Source: Thermoanaerobaculia bacterium (lineage in GTDB: Bacteria > Acidobacteriota > Thermoanaerobaculia > UBA5066). From it: DNA of 64,000 bases. Under the pieces are notes generated by a model that was given only the letters and a program-made list of their open reading frames with translations, was not told the origin of the DNA and ran no database searches. Position 1 is the stretch's first letter, and each line of letters opens with the position of its first letter. Below are positions 8,884 to 19,803 of this stretch, piece by piece. The stretch spans positions 80,390 to 144,389 of the forward strand of contig CAVVDA010000005.1 in the NCBI GenBank assembly GCA_963746875.1. The letters are read 5' to 3'. Both the position numbers and the translations under genes were made by a program.

Positions 8884-11376
8884 TCAGCCGGCCGCGGCCG
8901 AGTCCGCCTCGGCCGGAGCGTGGTAGAGGACCACGGAAGACGGTCCCGTGCGGATCGCCTGCTCGAGGGCCTCGTTCGCGCGAAGGACGAGCGTCGCCGT
9001 GTCGAAGGCGTCGTCGGGATAGACCGCGACCCCGGCGCTGAGGCCGAGACGAATGCCCGCGGCGACGAGGCGCTCGTCCATTCCCTGCTGGAAGTTCTTC
9101 TGGACGGAGTGCAGGGCGCGGTGCGCCTGCACCTTGCCCGCCTCGAAGATGAGGATGTAGAAGCGGTCGTCCTCGTCGCGCGCGACGAAGTTGACGGCGC
9201 GCGTCGAACGCACGAGCTTGGCGGCGAGCTTCGGCAGGAGCGAGTCGCCGGAGCTCGGCGCCCAGCTTCGACGATCGCTTCCCTGAGCCCGTCCATGCGC
9301 AGGTGCGCGACGGCGATCGACTGGCCGTTGCGCTCGGCGCGCCTCAGCTCGGATTCGAGCCGCTTGGCGAGGGACGAGCGGTTGTAGAGGCCCGACTGGC
9401 TGTCGCGTTCGGTCTGCTGCTCGATGAGCTTCATGAGGCGCGCGTTGTGGAGCGCGACCGCCGCGGCGTCGGCGAGGAGGTCGAGCCGCTCCTTGAGATC
9501 CACCGGCCAGTCGTCGCTTCCGCGCCGCGCGCCGACGGAAAGGACGCCGATGAGCTCGTCGTGATAGGTGAGCGGCACGGCGGCCGCGCGGATGAGCGGC
9601 GCGCCGGCGCCCTCGGGATTGCCCGGGAAGAACGTGGCTCCCTCGCCGGGCCCGGCGATGCAGGGCGTCTTGTCGAGGAACGTGCGGACGATCGGGTGTC
9701 CCGTGTGCTCGAAGGCGACGGCACGCCCCACTTCGTCGCCCACGTCGGCGCCCCAGCGCGTCGAGATCTTCGCGGACTTCGAAGCCGGGTCCGCGTCCCA
9801 GAACTGCGCGGCATCGGCCTTCAGCAGCGTGACGGATTGCTCGCAGAGCGTCTGCTTGATGCGGTCGACGTCGAACGTCGTCGAGAGCGAGCGGCCGACC
9901 TCGCGCAGCCGGTCGAGGAAACGGTACGACTCCCGTTCCTGCTGAAGGAGGCGGGCCGACGTGATCGCGAGCGACACCTCGACGCCGAGCGCCTCGAACG
10001 AACGCAGCACGTCGGACGAGAGAGCGGCGCCGCGCGCGCCCGTCACGGCGCACGAGGACGCCCGCGGGAGCGCCGCGGTACGCGAGGGGCACGGCGAGAA
10101 GGCCCAGCGGAGCCGGGAGCTGCGCGACGGCCGCCCCGGTCGGCAGGAGGGAGGCGCCGTGCGGATCCGATCCGACGTCGGTGAGCAGAAGGTGCGATGC
10201 CTCCGTCGCGAGGTGCCCGAGAAGGGCGTCCGGGATCTCCACGGCGGCGGAGCTCCCTCGCCCCTTGACGTAGGCGGCCTGCGTGCCCGGCAGCTCGCCG
10301 GCCGGGACGAGCCGGAGCGCGCAGACGTCGAAGTCGAATTGCGGGCCGAGCTCGCCGACCGTGCGCGACGCGATCGCGGAGACGTCGGTCAGGCCCGACA
10401 GGGCCGTGTGGAGGCGGCCCACGAACGCGTTGCGCTCGCCGTGCCGGCGCTCGGCATCGAGGAGCCGCGCCTTGTCGAGGGCGCCTGCCGCGAGCTTCGC
10501 GAGCTCCTGCGCGAGCCGCAGCTCCTGCGGCGTGAGGGCGAATCCGCCGCGGCGCGACATCGTGAGAAAGCCGAACACGAGATCGCCGGCGTGGAGCGGC
10601 AGGCACATGCGGAGGCGGCGCGGAGGATTCGAGCCGGGCTCGTCCTCGAACGCGGGGCCGTGCGCCGAAAGGCTGCGGCCCAGGAGCTCGTCCGCGTCGA
10701 GAGGGCGCCGCCCGGGCGAGGGCCGTTCGCCGCTCGTCGCGCCGCCGTGAGTGAGGATCTCCGTGACCTCTTTCGTCTCGGGATGGAATCGATACGCGGT
10801 GACGCGGTCGAACTCGAGCTCGCGCGACAGCGAGGCCACGGTGAGCCGGATGACCTCGTCGGGGTTCAGGGAGAGGAAGGCTCCGGAGGCGAGCTCGAAG
10901 AGCGCGACGGCCTCCTCGCGCCTTTTCATCAGCGTCCCGAGCGTGCGCTCGCGCTCGAGGACGTGACCGACGGTGCGCGCGAAGATGCGCACACCTTCCT
11001 CCGCCTCGGCTTCTCCCGCGGCCATCGTCTCCAGGACGACGCCGAGGACGGCCTGGACCTGATCCTTCACCTTCACGGGCGCTCCGTAGAACGAGAGCCC
11101 GCCCTCGCTGACCTTCTTCGGACGGCCCTGCGCGAGGACCTCGCCGAGGTGCTGGTTGAGGCGCGTCTCCGCGGCCGCCGCGACGCTGGACCGGCCGGCC
11201 CGCGTCATGGGCGGAACGCCGGCGCCGGGAAGCAGGGCCACGACCGGCGCGTCGAAGAAGTGGAGCGCGGCGGTCAGAATCCCGCCGAGGGACTCGTCGA
11301 GGAGCAGACCTTCCTTGAGGGCGCCGTCGAACGCCTTGAGGAGCGGCAGGCCTGGAAAGCGAGTGAAGGAAGCCAT
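8884..11376 (-). CDS. Multi-GAF (about 4 GAF-like domains) signalling protein with a C-terminal degenerate GGDEF domain; frameshifts near 10060 and 9260
   Basis: ORF 8884..11529 covers the N-terminal GAF-like repeats. The first ~270 aa of ORF 6897..10046 cover a fourth GAF and the GGDEF start ([40 protein letters not shown]). The 8884 frame then resumes ([38 protein letters not shown]). Start is ATG 11376 or 11391. Confidence 0.7.
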   Translation of the reverse strand: MASFTRFPGLPLLKAFDGALKEGLLLDESLGGILTAALHFFDAPVVALLPGAGVPPMTRAGRSSVAAAAETRLNQHLGEVLAQGRPKKVSEGGLSFYGAPVKVKDQVQAVLGVVLETMAAGEAEAEEGVRIFARTVGHVLERERTLGTLMKRREEAVALFELASGAFLSLNPDEVIRLTVASLSRELEFDRVTAYRFHPETKEVTEILTHGGATSGERPSPGRRPLDADELLGRSLSAHGPAFEDEPGSNPPRRLRMCLPLHAGDLVFGFLTMSRRGGFALTPQELRLAQELAKLAAGALDKARLLDAERRHGERNAFVGRLHTALSGLTDVSAIASRTVGELGPQFDFDVCALRLVPAGELPGTQAAYVKGRGSSAAVEIPDALLGHLATEASHLLLTDVGSDPHGASLLPTGAAVAQLPAPLGLLAVPLAYRGAPAGVLVRRDGRARRRSLVRRAAFVRGARRRGVARDHVGPPPSAGTGVVPFPRPAARGRPLALDDVRRRPHQADALRAIRHAAEGRCRAVLGRGPGFEVREDLDALGRRRGRRSGACRRLRAHGTPDRPHVPRQDALHRRARRGSHVLPGQSRGRRRAAHPRGRRAAHLSRRAHRRPFRRRAARKRRLAGGSQGAARPPRRRRGGRAPQRAPHEAHRAADRTRQPVGPLQPLVPRQAARIRAEARRAQRPVDRRRAPAHGRAQGSDRRSWAPSSGDSLLPKLAAKLVRSTRAVNFVARDEDDRFYILIFEAGKVQAHRALHSVQKNFQQGMDERLVAAGIRLGLSAGVAVYPDDAFDTATLVLRANEALEQAIRTGPSSVVLYHAPAEADSAAAG

Positions 11377-11388
11377 CGGATTCGCCGC

Positions 11389-11395
11389 CATAATA
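11389..11395. promoter_or_regulatory. Overlapping back-to-back -10-like boxes (CATAAT on plus, TATTAT on minus) between divergent genes
   Basis: Sequence is CATAATA. On plus, CATAAT has a 22-nt leader with GGAGG before ATG 11417. On minus, TATTAT lies 13 nt before ATG 11376. Confidence 0.3.
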
Positions 11396-11416
11396 GCGCC
11401 CGCTGGAGGTGCCTTG

Positions 11417-12917
11417 ATGCGCCCGGACATTGCGGCGACGGACGCTCTCGCCGACTCTCTCGCGCGGCTTCTGCCCGCGCTCGAGTCTTTCACGCGCTTC
11501 GAGGGCGCCGATCCGGCGGCGCGGCGCACGCGTCTGGCGCGCGGCCCTCGACGAGCCGCTGCCCGAGACCGGCGTCGGGCGCGAGGCGGTTCTCGAGACG
11601 CTGCGCTCCTTCGTCGTCGCGAACGGGCTCAGGATCGGCGCTCCGGGCTTCTCGGGCTGGGTCACGACGATGCCGACGACGGTGCCGGCCGTCGCACAGC
11701 TCGCGGGCGCGATCACGGCGGCGCAGCGCTGGTGGGCGACGCCGGGCAACTTCCTCGAGGTCCTCGCGCTGCGCTGGCTTCAGCGCCTCGTCGGATTGCC
11801 GGATCACTTCGAAGGCGGGTTCACGAGCGGCGGCGCCACGGCCAACCTCCTCGGCCTCGCGGCCGCCCGCCAGGAGGCGGGCGAGCGTCGCGGCTTCGAT
11901 CCGAGCCTCGACGGCCTGGAGCGCCTCGTCGAGCCGCGCGTCTATGCCTCGACCGAGGTGCATCACGTCGTCCACCGCGCCTGCGGCGTCCTCGGGCTCG
12001 GGCGCCGGGCGCTGCGCATGATTCCGGTCGACGCGAAGAGGACTCCCGACCTCGGCGCGCTCGAGCGTTTCCTCGACGAGGACCTCGCGGCGGGCAGGAC
12101 GCCCGTCGCCGTCGTCGCGTCCGCCGGCGACGTGAACACCGGCGCCGTGGAGCCGATCGACGCGATGCGCGAGATCGCGCACGCGCGCGGCGTCTGGCTG
12201 CACGTGGACGGCGCCTACGGCGGTTTCGGCGTCCTCGACCCGCGCGTCAAGCCGCTCTACGGGGACCTCTCGAAGATCGACTCGTTCGCGGTCGACCCGC
12301 ACAAGTGGATGGCGGTTCCCGTCGGGTGCGGCGCGGGGTTCGTGCGCGACGGCGGCCATCCTCGCGCGCGCGCTCACGCTCGAGCCGGCCGCCTACGTGG
12401 AGATGGCGCCGACCGTCGACGGGCGACCTCGGCTCGCCCTTCGACGAGCGCGGCGAGGGAAACCCCGACTTTTCCCTCGACCACTCGGCGCCGGCGCGCG
12501 GCCTCACCGTGTGGGCCGCGCTCAAGGAGATCGGCGCCTCCGGCATGCGCGCGCGCGTCGTGCGCCACCACGACTGCGCGCGCCGCGTCGCCGCGCGCGT
12601 CAGGGAGCACCCCGAGCTCGAGCTCCTCGCCGAGCCGGTCCTCTCGATCTGCTGCTTCCGCGTGAAGCCGAAGGACGTTTCGGACGAGGCCGCGCTCGAC
12701 GCGCTTGAACGAGAAGGTTCTCCTCGGAGTGCGCGCGCGCGGCCGCGCGATCCCGTCGCACACGCGCGTGAACGGCCGTTTCGCGATCCGGCCGTGCTTC
12801 ATCAATCCCCGCTCGACGCTCGCGGACGCCGACGCGACGGTGGACGAGGTGCTCGCGGTGGCGAAGGAGCTCGGCGCGCTCGGGGAGCGCGCGCTCAGAT
12901 CCGAATCGCCCCGCTAA
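11417..12917 (+). CDS. PLP-dependent group II decarboxylase family (aspartate aminotransferase fold); at least 4 frameshifts
   Basis: GGAGG SD plus ATG 11417 ([28 protein letters not shown], frame of ORF 11156..12922). Then ORF 11430..12665 ([23 protein letters not shown], Schiff-base DPHKW). Then the 11156 frame again ([20 protein letters not shown]). Then ORF 12705..12917. Confidence 0.7.
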
Positions 12918-12950
12918 GGTAAGGGGCGCCGTCTCGCAGGGGAGGCTTCG

Positions 12951-13961
12951 ATGCAGCTCGGAATGATCGGTCTCGGACGCATGGGCGCGAACATGGTGCG
13001 CCGGCTGATGCGCGGCGGCCACGCGTGCGTCGTGTACAACCGCTCCCGCGGGCCCGTCGACGCGCTCGCGGGAGAAGGCGCCACCGGCGCCTCCTCGCTC
13101 GCGGATTTCGTGAAGAAGCTCGAGAGACCGCGCGCCATCTGCCTCATGGTCCCCGCCGCCTTCGTGGACGCGACGATCGCCGAGCTCGAGCCCCTCCTCG
13201 CCGAGGGCGACACGATCATCGACGGCGGCAATTCGCACTATCACGACGACATCGCGCGCGCGAAGCGCCTGAAGGGACGGGGCCTGCATTACGTCGACAT
13301 GGGCACCTCCGGCGGCGTCTGGGGCCTCGATCGCGGCTATTGCCTGATGATCGGCGGAGAGACGGAGGCCGTGAAGCGGCTCGAGCCCGTCTTCCGGACA
13401 CTGGCGCCGGGACCCGGCTCGATCGAGCGCACGCCGGGGCGGGAGAAGCTCGGCGGCACGGCCGACCACGGCTATCTGCACTGCGGCCCGGCAGGCGCGG
13501 GCCATTTCGTCAAGATGGTCCACAACGGCATCGAGTACGGGCTCATGGCCGCGTACGCCGAGGGCCTGAACATCCTGAGGAGCGCGAACGTCGGCAAGGC
13601 GACGCACGAGAAGGACGCGGAAACGACACCGCTCCGGAACCCCGAGCATTACCAATACGACCTGAACCTCGCCGACGTCACCGAGGTGTGGCGGCGCGGC
13701 AGCGTCGTGGCTTCCTGGCTCCTGGATCTCACCGCCGCGGCGCTCGCGGGCGACACCGCGCTGGAAAAGTTCGGGGGCGAGGTTTCCGACTCGGGCGAAG
13801 GGCGCTGGACGATCGCCGCCGCGAACGACGAAGGAGTGCCTGCGCACGTCCTCTCGGCGTCCCTGTTCGAGCGCTTCGCGTCACGCGGAGGCGACCTCTT
13901 CCAGAACAAGGTGCTGTCGGCGATGCGATTCGGGTTCGGAGGCCACCTCGAAAAGAAGTAG
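12951..13961 (+). CDS. gnd: 6-phosphogluconate dehydrogenase, decarboxylating (short Gnd/YqeC-like form)
   Basis: Intact ORF 12951..13961. [16 protein letters not shown] Rossmann motif, [40 protein letters not shown] upstream. Confidence 0.85.
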   Translation: MQLGMIGLGRMGANMVRRLMRGGHACVVYNRSRGPVDALAGEGATGASSLADFVKKLERPRAICLMVPAAFVDATIAELEPLLAEGDTIIDGGNSHYHDDIARAKRLKGRGLHYVDMGTSGGVWGLDRGYCLMIGGETEAVKRLEPVFRTLAPGPGSIERTPGREKLGGTADHGYLHCGPAGAGHFVKMVHNGIEYGLMAAYAEGLNILRSANVGKATHEKDAETTPLRNPEHYQYDLNLADVTEVWRRGSVVASWLLDLTAAALAGDTALEKFGGEVSDSGEGRWTIAAANDEGVPAHVLSASLFERFASRGGDLFQNKVLSAMRFGFGGHLEKK

Positions 13962-13973
13962 ATCTGCGGGCGG

Positions 13974-14434
13974 CTAGACCGGCCTCCGTGCTTTCGCCCA
14001 GAGGATCTGGGCGACCATGAGCAGCATCCCGAGGTCGCGCAGGACGTCGAGGCGCATGTCGGCGAGGCGCTCGTCGGCGGTCCTGTTCGCCGCGCGCCAC
14101 GTCGAAACAGCCGCAGTCGATCGCGTTGCCGCGCGCGAGGTTCAGCGAGATCGCGGCGACGAAGACGAGGAGGAGCGCGCCGACGAGGCCCGCCGACGCG
14201 CGCGTCCAGATGCCGAGGATGAGGGCGAGGCCGGCGAGGAGCTCGAGCCAGGGCATCACGAGCGCCATGAGATTCACGAACGCGCCCGGCACGAGCCGGT
14301 AGTTGTAGATCATGTGTGCGAAGGACGGCGGGTCGACGAGCTTCGGCAGCGCCGCGGCGACGAAGAAGAACGCCGAGCGCGATCTGGACGCGCACCGTCA
14401 GCCAGGGCGAGGCGAGCGCTTCCTTCGGCGTCAC
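13974..14434 (-). CDS. MauE/DoxX-family redox-associated membrane protein; 2 frameshifts
   Basis: GTG 14434 (MTPKEALASPWLTVRVQIALGV, ORF 13649..14434). Then ORF 13729..14313 (MIYNYRLVPGAFVNLMALVMPWLELLAGLALILGIW, CGCF). Then a tail DERLADMRLDVLRDLGMLLMVAQILWAKARRPV with its stop near 13974. Confidence 0.65.
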
Positions 14435-14880
14435 GACTCGGGCCCGGTCGCGCTCTTACCCTCGCGCTTGACCCAGTCGGGCCAGCCGTCGCGATAGACG
14501 AGGAGGTTGTTGAAGCCCGCGCCGAAGAGCTTCTGCGCGAGCATGTGCGAGTCCTCGCAGTCGCCGCCGGAGCAGTAGAGGACGACCGGGATCGCGCCGT
14601 CGCGGCCCTCGCCGACGAGCGCCGTCACGCGGGCGTCGACGTCGCTCTCCCAGACGGGAAAGCTGCGCGCGCGGGCGATGTGGCCCTGCTCGTAGTCCTT
14701 CGTGCGGCGCGCGTCCAGGACGAGCGCGCCGCGCGCGACGAGCCACGCGGCGTCGTCGCCCGAGATCTCGACGTAGGGCTTGTTGTGAGGCGGGAAGCGG
14801 CGAAGCAGGTCGGCTGGGGAAGGAGAGGAATTCTTTGCTTCGGACCCTTGAGCGGGCGGAGTGGCCTTCGGGGCGGGCAC
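14431..14880 (-). CDS. Rhodanese-domain protein (C-terminal part of a probable membrane-anchored rhodanese, see 15058..15261)
   Basis: ORF 14431..14880. ALVLDARRTKDYEQGHIARARSFP and VVLYCSGGDCEDS contain the active-site Cys loop. Its stop overlaps the MauE start (GTGA at 14431-14434). The first ~20 codons lie inside repeat locus B. Confidence 0.75.
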   Translation of the reverse strand: MPAPKATPPAQGSEAKNSSPSPADLLRRFPPHNKPYVEISGDDAAWLVARGALVLDARRTKDYEQGHIARARSFPVWESDVDARVTALVGEGRDGAIPVVLYCSGGDCEDSHMLAQKLFGAGFNNLLVYRDGWPDWVKREGKSATGPES

Positions 14881-15045
14881 AGTGGCCGGGCCAGGGCGCT
14901 TTTCTTCGAAGGGTGATTTGGCCGACGAACGCAGTCCTTGGGCGTCAGCGGCCGGGGCTCTTCGAGGGTGGCGATCGTCGCGGGGGGCTGCCGGCGCGGT
15001 GCGGCTCCCGCCCCATTCACCTTCGAAGAAACTTCGGACGCTGTC
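14815..15045. repeat. Locus B of the dispersed composite palindromic repeat family
   Basis: TTGCTTCGGA at 14835-14844. GCTTTTCTTCGAAGGGTGATTTGG at 14898-14921 is the inverse core. CCATTCACCTTCGAAGAAA at 15013-15031 is the forward core, followed by CTTCGGACG. The two cores form an imperfect inverted repeat of about 18 bp, 95 bp apart. Confidence 0.8.
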
Positions 15046-15057
15046 TGTGCTCCAGAG

Positions 15058-15261
15058 TCAGCAGGAGACAAGAACGGTGGTCGGGCCTGCGAGGGAAGCA
15101 GAAAAATCCCCGGTCTTCTCCGGGACCTTCAGCGCATCCGGGTAGTTGCCGACGAGCGCGAGCTTGCGCTCGCGCGACGCGAGCGCGTTCGCGACGAGGG
15201 CGCAGAGGATCGCCGCCAGAACGAGCGTCAAGGCCTCGAGGAAGTGCCTTCGGAGGTTCAC
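15058..15261 (-). CDS. N-terminal signal-anchor fragment, in the same frame as the rhodanese ORF
   Basis: ORF 15058..15261 has a GTG start. MNLRRHFLEALTLVLAAILCALVANALASRERKLALVGNYPDALKV looks like the anchor of membrane-bound rhodanese proteins. 15261 and 14880 are in the same reading frame, and only one stop (TGA 15058-15060) separates the two ORFs. Confidence 0.5.
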   Translation of the reverse strand: MNLRRHFLEALTLVLAAILCALVANALASRERKLALVGNYPDALKVPEKTGDFSASLAGPTTVLVSC

Positions 15262-15279
15262 GGGGGCATTCTAAGCAAG

Positions 15280-15296
15280 CCTCCGGCCGCCGGAGG
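15280..15296. promoter_or_regulatory. Perfect GC-rich inverted repeat CCTCCGG-CCG-CCGGAGG in the divergent intergenic region
   Basis: 7-bp arms with a 3-nt centre, between the anchor ORF start (15261) and the gltA promoter region. Function unknown. Confidence 0.2.
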
Positions 15297-15317
15297 TCTG
15301 CCGCCGTGGCGCGGGGA

Positions 15318-15323
15318 TAGAAT
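15318..15323 (+). promoter_or_regulatory. Candidate -10 hexamer TAGAAT upstream of gltA
   Basis: TAGAAT is followed by a 39-nt leader with an AGGGAGGAAG SD, then ATG 15363. Confidence 0.35.
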
Positions 15324-15362
15324 CTCCGGGCTGATCGCCTGTCTCGAAGCAGGGAGGAAGCC

Positions 15363-16657
<1,295 letters not shown>

Positions 16658-16663
16658 CGCCGC

Positions 16664-17128
16664 TCACCAGGTCGCGAAGGGCCTCTTCACGAGGTTGGCG
16701 TTGTAATAGCGCGCGTCCCGGGAGACCTCCCGGCCGACCCAGGGGGGAAGAGCGGGCTCCTCGTCGGCGCTCTCGAGCTCCACCTCGGCCACGACGAGCC
16801 CGGCGTTCGCGCCGTGGAACTCGTCCACCTCCCAGGTGTGAGCGCCGAAGGGAACCCGGTAGCGGGTCTTCTCGATGAGGGGTTTCTCGCAGAGGCTCGA
16901 GCAGCGCCGCCGCGTCCTCGACCGGAATCGCGTACTCGAACTCGGCGCGCGAAAGGCCCTGGCTCCTGCCCTTGACCGTCAGGAACCCCCGGTCCCCGGC
17001 GACCCTCACGCGGACCGTCCACTCCGCCGGCGCTCGAGAGATATCCCTGGCGCGTGAGAACGTCCCGCCGCGAGGGCCTTCCACGCGGTGCCCGTGACGA
17101 GGAACTTCCTTTCGATCTCCAGGCCCAT
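16664..17128 (-). CDS. CYTH-domain protein (class IV adenylate cyclase / triphosphatase fold); at least 3 frameshifts
   Basis: ATG 17128 gives MGLEIERKFLV. Further pieces are RQGYLSS, EWTVRVRVAGDRGFLTVKGRSQGLSRAEFEYAIPVEDAAALL (frame of ORF 16611..17426), and CEKPLIEKTRYRVPFGAHTWEVDEFHGANAGLVVAEVELESADEEPALPPWVGREVSRDARYYNANLVKRPFATW with its stop at 16664. Confidence 0.75.
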
Positions 17129-17149
17129 CCGTCGTCCCGGCCGCGGGGG

Positions 17150-17572
17150 TCAGGCTCTTCGCGCAGCCCGGACAGATGCCGCGCAGCGTGACGGTGTAAT
17201 CCTCCACGATGTGGCCCTCCGCGAGGCGCGGGCGCGGCGCCTCGCGAAACGTCTCGAACGGCACGTCCTCCACGGCGCCGCACGCGCGGCAGATGAAGTG
17301 GTGGTGCCGGTCGAGGTTCGCGTCGTAGCGGGCGACGGCGTCGTCGAGGACGAGCTCCTCGATGAGGCCGCTCTCCTTCAGCGAGTGCAGGACGTTGTAG
17401 ACCGAGGCACGCGACGCGGTCGGCACGGCGCGATTGACCGCGGACCCGACCTCCTCGGCCGTCGGATGTCGTCGGCGTCGTGAGCAGGTACTCGAGCACG
17501 GCCACGCGCTGTTGCGTGACCCTGAGGCCCTTTTCCCTGAGGCGACCGGCGAGCAGAGCGCGTGCTGTCCAT
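17150..17572 (-). CDS. Fur-family (Fur/PerR/Zur-like) transcriptional regulator; 2-3 frameshifts, 3' end uncertain
   Basis: ATG 17572 (MDSTRSA). Then LREKGLRVTQQRVAVLEYLL (frame of ORF 16687..17505). Then ASRASVYNVLHSLKESGLIEEL, HHHFICRACGAVEDV and GICPGCA (ORF 16611..17426). Confidence 0.75.
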
Positions 17573-17581
17573 TCAGAGCTT

Positions 17582-17602
17582 AGATTAAGTCTAGATTTAT
17601 CT
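17582..17602. promoter_or_regulatory. AT-rich 7-7-7 dyad AGATTAA-GTCTAGA-TTTATCT, candidate Fur-family operator overlapping a -10-like TAATCT (minus strand)
   Basis: This is the only strongly AT-rich island for several kb, 10 nt upstream of the Fur-family start. Arms match 6/7 as an inverted repeat. On the minus strand TAATCT lies 9 nt before ATG 17572. Confidence 0.4.
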
Positions 17603-17659
17603 TCGGATCAAGCCCCGCAAGAAACAATCAGGGCCTCTCATTCTCAGGGTGGCCGGCGG

Positions 17660-18367
17660 TCAGTTCGGCGTGGCGCCGCGGACGTCCGTGATGAACGGGC
17701 GGCCGATGCGCGACCAGCGCGGGCCCTTGAAGAACTGCTGGTTCCAGCTCCACATGATGCCGACCGCCCGGCCGAGGAGGTCCTGGACGGGGCGCGTGCC
17801 GAAGAAGCGCGCGTCACGGCTCTCGTCGCGATTGTCGCCCATGAGGAAGACCTCGCCCTCCGGCACCGTGATCGGGCCGAACGTGCGGAACGCGGGGCGG
17901 TCGGGCAGGACGCGAACGGGGTGCGCCCTGCCGGCGAGAATCTCCGTGCCGAGGAGAATCGGCTCGCCGTCGTCGTTCTTCTGCTCGGGCAGGAAGTCGA
18001 CGGGCTGGATCTTCCCGTTCACGTAGAGCGTCTCGTTGCGGAGCTCGACGACGTCGCCCGGCAGGCCGACGAGGCGCTTGACGAACGGCACGCTGCCGCC
18101 GTCCGGGTTGCGGATGACGACGACGTCTCCCCGCTTCGGCGCGCCGGTCTCGAAGAGACGGACTTTCGAGAAGGGAATCCGGAACTGGTAAGCGGACTTC
18201 CAGACGAAGACGCGGTCGCCCTCGAGGATCGTGGGCTTCATGGAGCCCGTCGGGACGACGTACCAGTCGGCCAGAACGGACCGTCCGGTCAGGATGATGG
18301 CGGCCATCAGAACGAGCTGGCGGATGTCTTTGAGGAGGGCGGCGCGCTTTTCCGGCGTGAAGGCCAT
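17660..18367 (-). CDS. lepB: Signal peptidase I
   Basis: ORF 17660..18451 read from ATG 18367. TM helix [11 protein letters not shown], catalytic Ser box [10 protein letters not shown], Lys box [11 protein letters not shown], and [14 protein letters not shown]. Confidence 0.9.
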   Translation of the reverse strand: MAFTPEKRAALLKDIRQLVLMAAIILTGRSVLADWYVVPTGSMKPTILEGDRVFVWKSAYQFRIPFSKVRLFETGAPKRGDVVVIRNPDGGSVPFVKRLVGLPGDVVELRNETLYVNGKIQPVDFLPEQKNDDGEPILLGTEILAGRAHPVRVLPDRPAFRTFGPITVPEGEVFLMGDNRDESRDARFFGTRPVQDLLGRAVGIMWSWNQQFFKGPRWSRIGRPFITDVRGATPN

Positions 18368-18427
18368 GATGGCAGCGGATCTTCGCACAAAACGTGCCGC
18401 GCCTCCGGGTCGCGTTATCCTCGCGAC

Positions 18428-18924
18428 ATGGCCCGCTACACGGACCGCCACGCGGCCTCGGGAGTGCGCGATGCGCTGCCGAAGCTCGAGACCTGGCCCT
18501 CCCAGTACCCCGTCCGATTACGAGATCGTCATCACGATCCCCGAGTTCACGTCGATCTGCCCGAAGACGGGCCTTCCCGACTTCGCCACGCTGACCGTGA
18601 CGTACGTTCCCGACCGCCGATGCGTGGAGCTGAAGTCCCTGAAGGCAGTACGTGAACGCTTACCGGAGCCTCGGCATCTTCAACGAGAACGTCGTGAATC
18701 GCGTCCTCGGAGATCTCGTTCGCGCGCTGCAGCCGCGCCGGATGGCCGTGCGGGGCGCCTTCACGCCCCGCGGCGGCATCCAGACGACGGTCGAGGCTCG
18801 CTTCCCGCGCGCGGCAGGCGGAGGCCGGCGCGGGCGCGGCGGGCGCCTCGGGTGTCACTTCGCCGCGGGCTTCGCGGCGGCGCTCCCCGGCCGGGTCGTC
18901 CCGTCGTTCAGGAGCCGGCGGTAG
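18428..18924 (+). CDS. queF: NADPH-dependent 7-cyano-7-deazaguanine reductase; 2 frameshifts, 3' end uncertain
   Basis: ATG 18428 ([28 protein letters not shown]). Then [43 protein letters not shown] (frame of ORF 18231..19181). Then ORF 18652..18924 ([26 protein letters not shown]). The last ~30 codons look non-coding, so the true stop probably lies earlier. Confidence 0.8.
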
Positions 18925-19792
18925 ACCGAAAGCGCGTTGAGCGCGTTCAGCTCGCGCGGGCAGTAGTCGGCCAGCTTCTCGGCGGACAGCTCTCCGGAGA
19001 CACGGGCCTCCGGGGCGTTCTGCTTCTTCTTTTCGACGAGGAACGCGAGCATCGACGTGAGATAGCGGCGGGTCTTTTCGATCTCGGACGCCGCGCCCGC
19101 CGGTGGGATTTCCGCGCGTCGGCACGAGACCCCGGGCGCCGAGCGAGTCGAAGCGCTCGAGGACGGCGAGCCAGCCCTTGATGTCGCAGTCGGGGTCCGA
19201 GAGCATCGGGCAGCGGTCCGTCGTCACGAGATCGCCGGCGAAGACCGTGCGCGTCGAAGCGTCGAAGACGTAGAGGTCGAACGCGGTGTGCGCGTTTCCC
19301 GCGGGCACGCCGATCTCGAAAGCCTGCTTGCCGGCCACGAGCGCGATGCGGTCGCTGATCCCGATGACGTGCGGAGCCTTCGTCCTTTCCCTGCCCGATC
19401 GAGCCGGCGAGGACGCCCGTGGCGCGGGCGTTCACGAAGAGCGTCGCGTCCGTCGGAAGGAAGGTCGCGAAGCCGTCGTTCGAGTCGGAGTGCAGGTGCG
19501 TCATGGCGATCCACTTGATCGGCTTGTTCTTCGTCGTTCTCGCGATCTCGGCCTTGAGATTCTTCGCGTCCGCCGCCGTCGCCCCCGTGTCGATGACGAG
19601 AACGCCGTCGCCCGTGTCGATCCACGAGCAGTTCGTCACGCCGAACCGGCCGTACCAGGAGTTCGGGTAGGGCTGCGCCACCTCGAATGGGGCCATTTCC
19701 GGAGCCTTCGGTTTCGGCGCCTCCCCCGCGAACGCGGAGCCGGCGAAAACGAGGGCGAGAGCGGCGAGAGACGAGGGAAGGATTCGGTTCAT
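18855..19792 (-). CDS. Secreted MBL-fold metallo-hydrolase; 2 frameshifts
   Basis: ORF 18947..19807 read from ATG 19792: signal peptide [48 protein letters not shown]. Then ORF 18547..19338 ([25 protein letters not shown]). Then ORF 18855..19052. Confidence 0.65.
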
Positions 19793-19803
19793 CGAGTCTC
19801 CTG

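Noticed and set aside
6897-10046. Single 1049-aa ORF that could be read as a giant GAF-GGDEF-kinase fusion
   Set aside because: Only its first ~270 aa (GAF and GGDEF start) and its last ~360 aa (kinase) look like protein. The middle ~400 aa is Arg/Ala/Pro/Ser-rich antisense or out-of-frame sequence running through the plus-strand radical-SAM gene. The kinase has its own ATG at ~7976, and the GGDEF domain continues in another frame to 8884.
15058-15060. The in-frame TGA between the anchor and the rhodanese domain as a selenocysteine codon
   Set aside because: I found no convincing SECIS-like stem-loop at the right distance downstream; the only candidate is the short CGAAG/CTTCG hairpin belonging to the repeat core. 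No Sec-utilisation context is apparent, and the codon lies in repeat-derived linker sequence. An error or a true disruption is more likely.
18368-18427. preQ1 riboswitch upstream of queF
   Set aside because: The spacer is only 60 nt and is shared with divergent lepB. It lacks the conserved preQ1-I/II sequence features I know. The -10-like box 6 nt from the ATG leaves no room for a leader.
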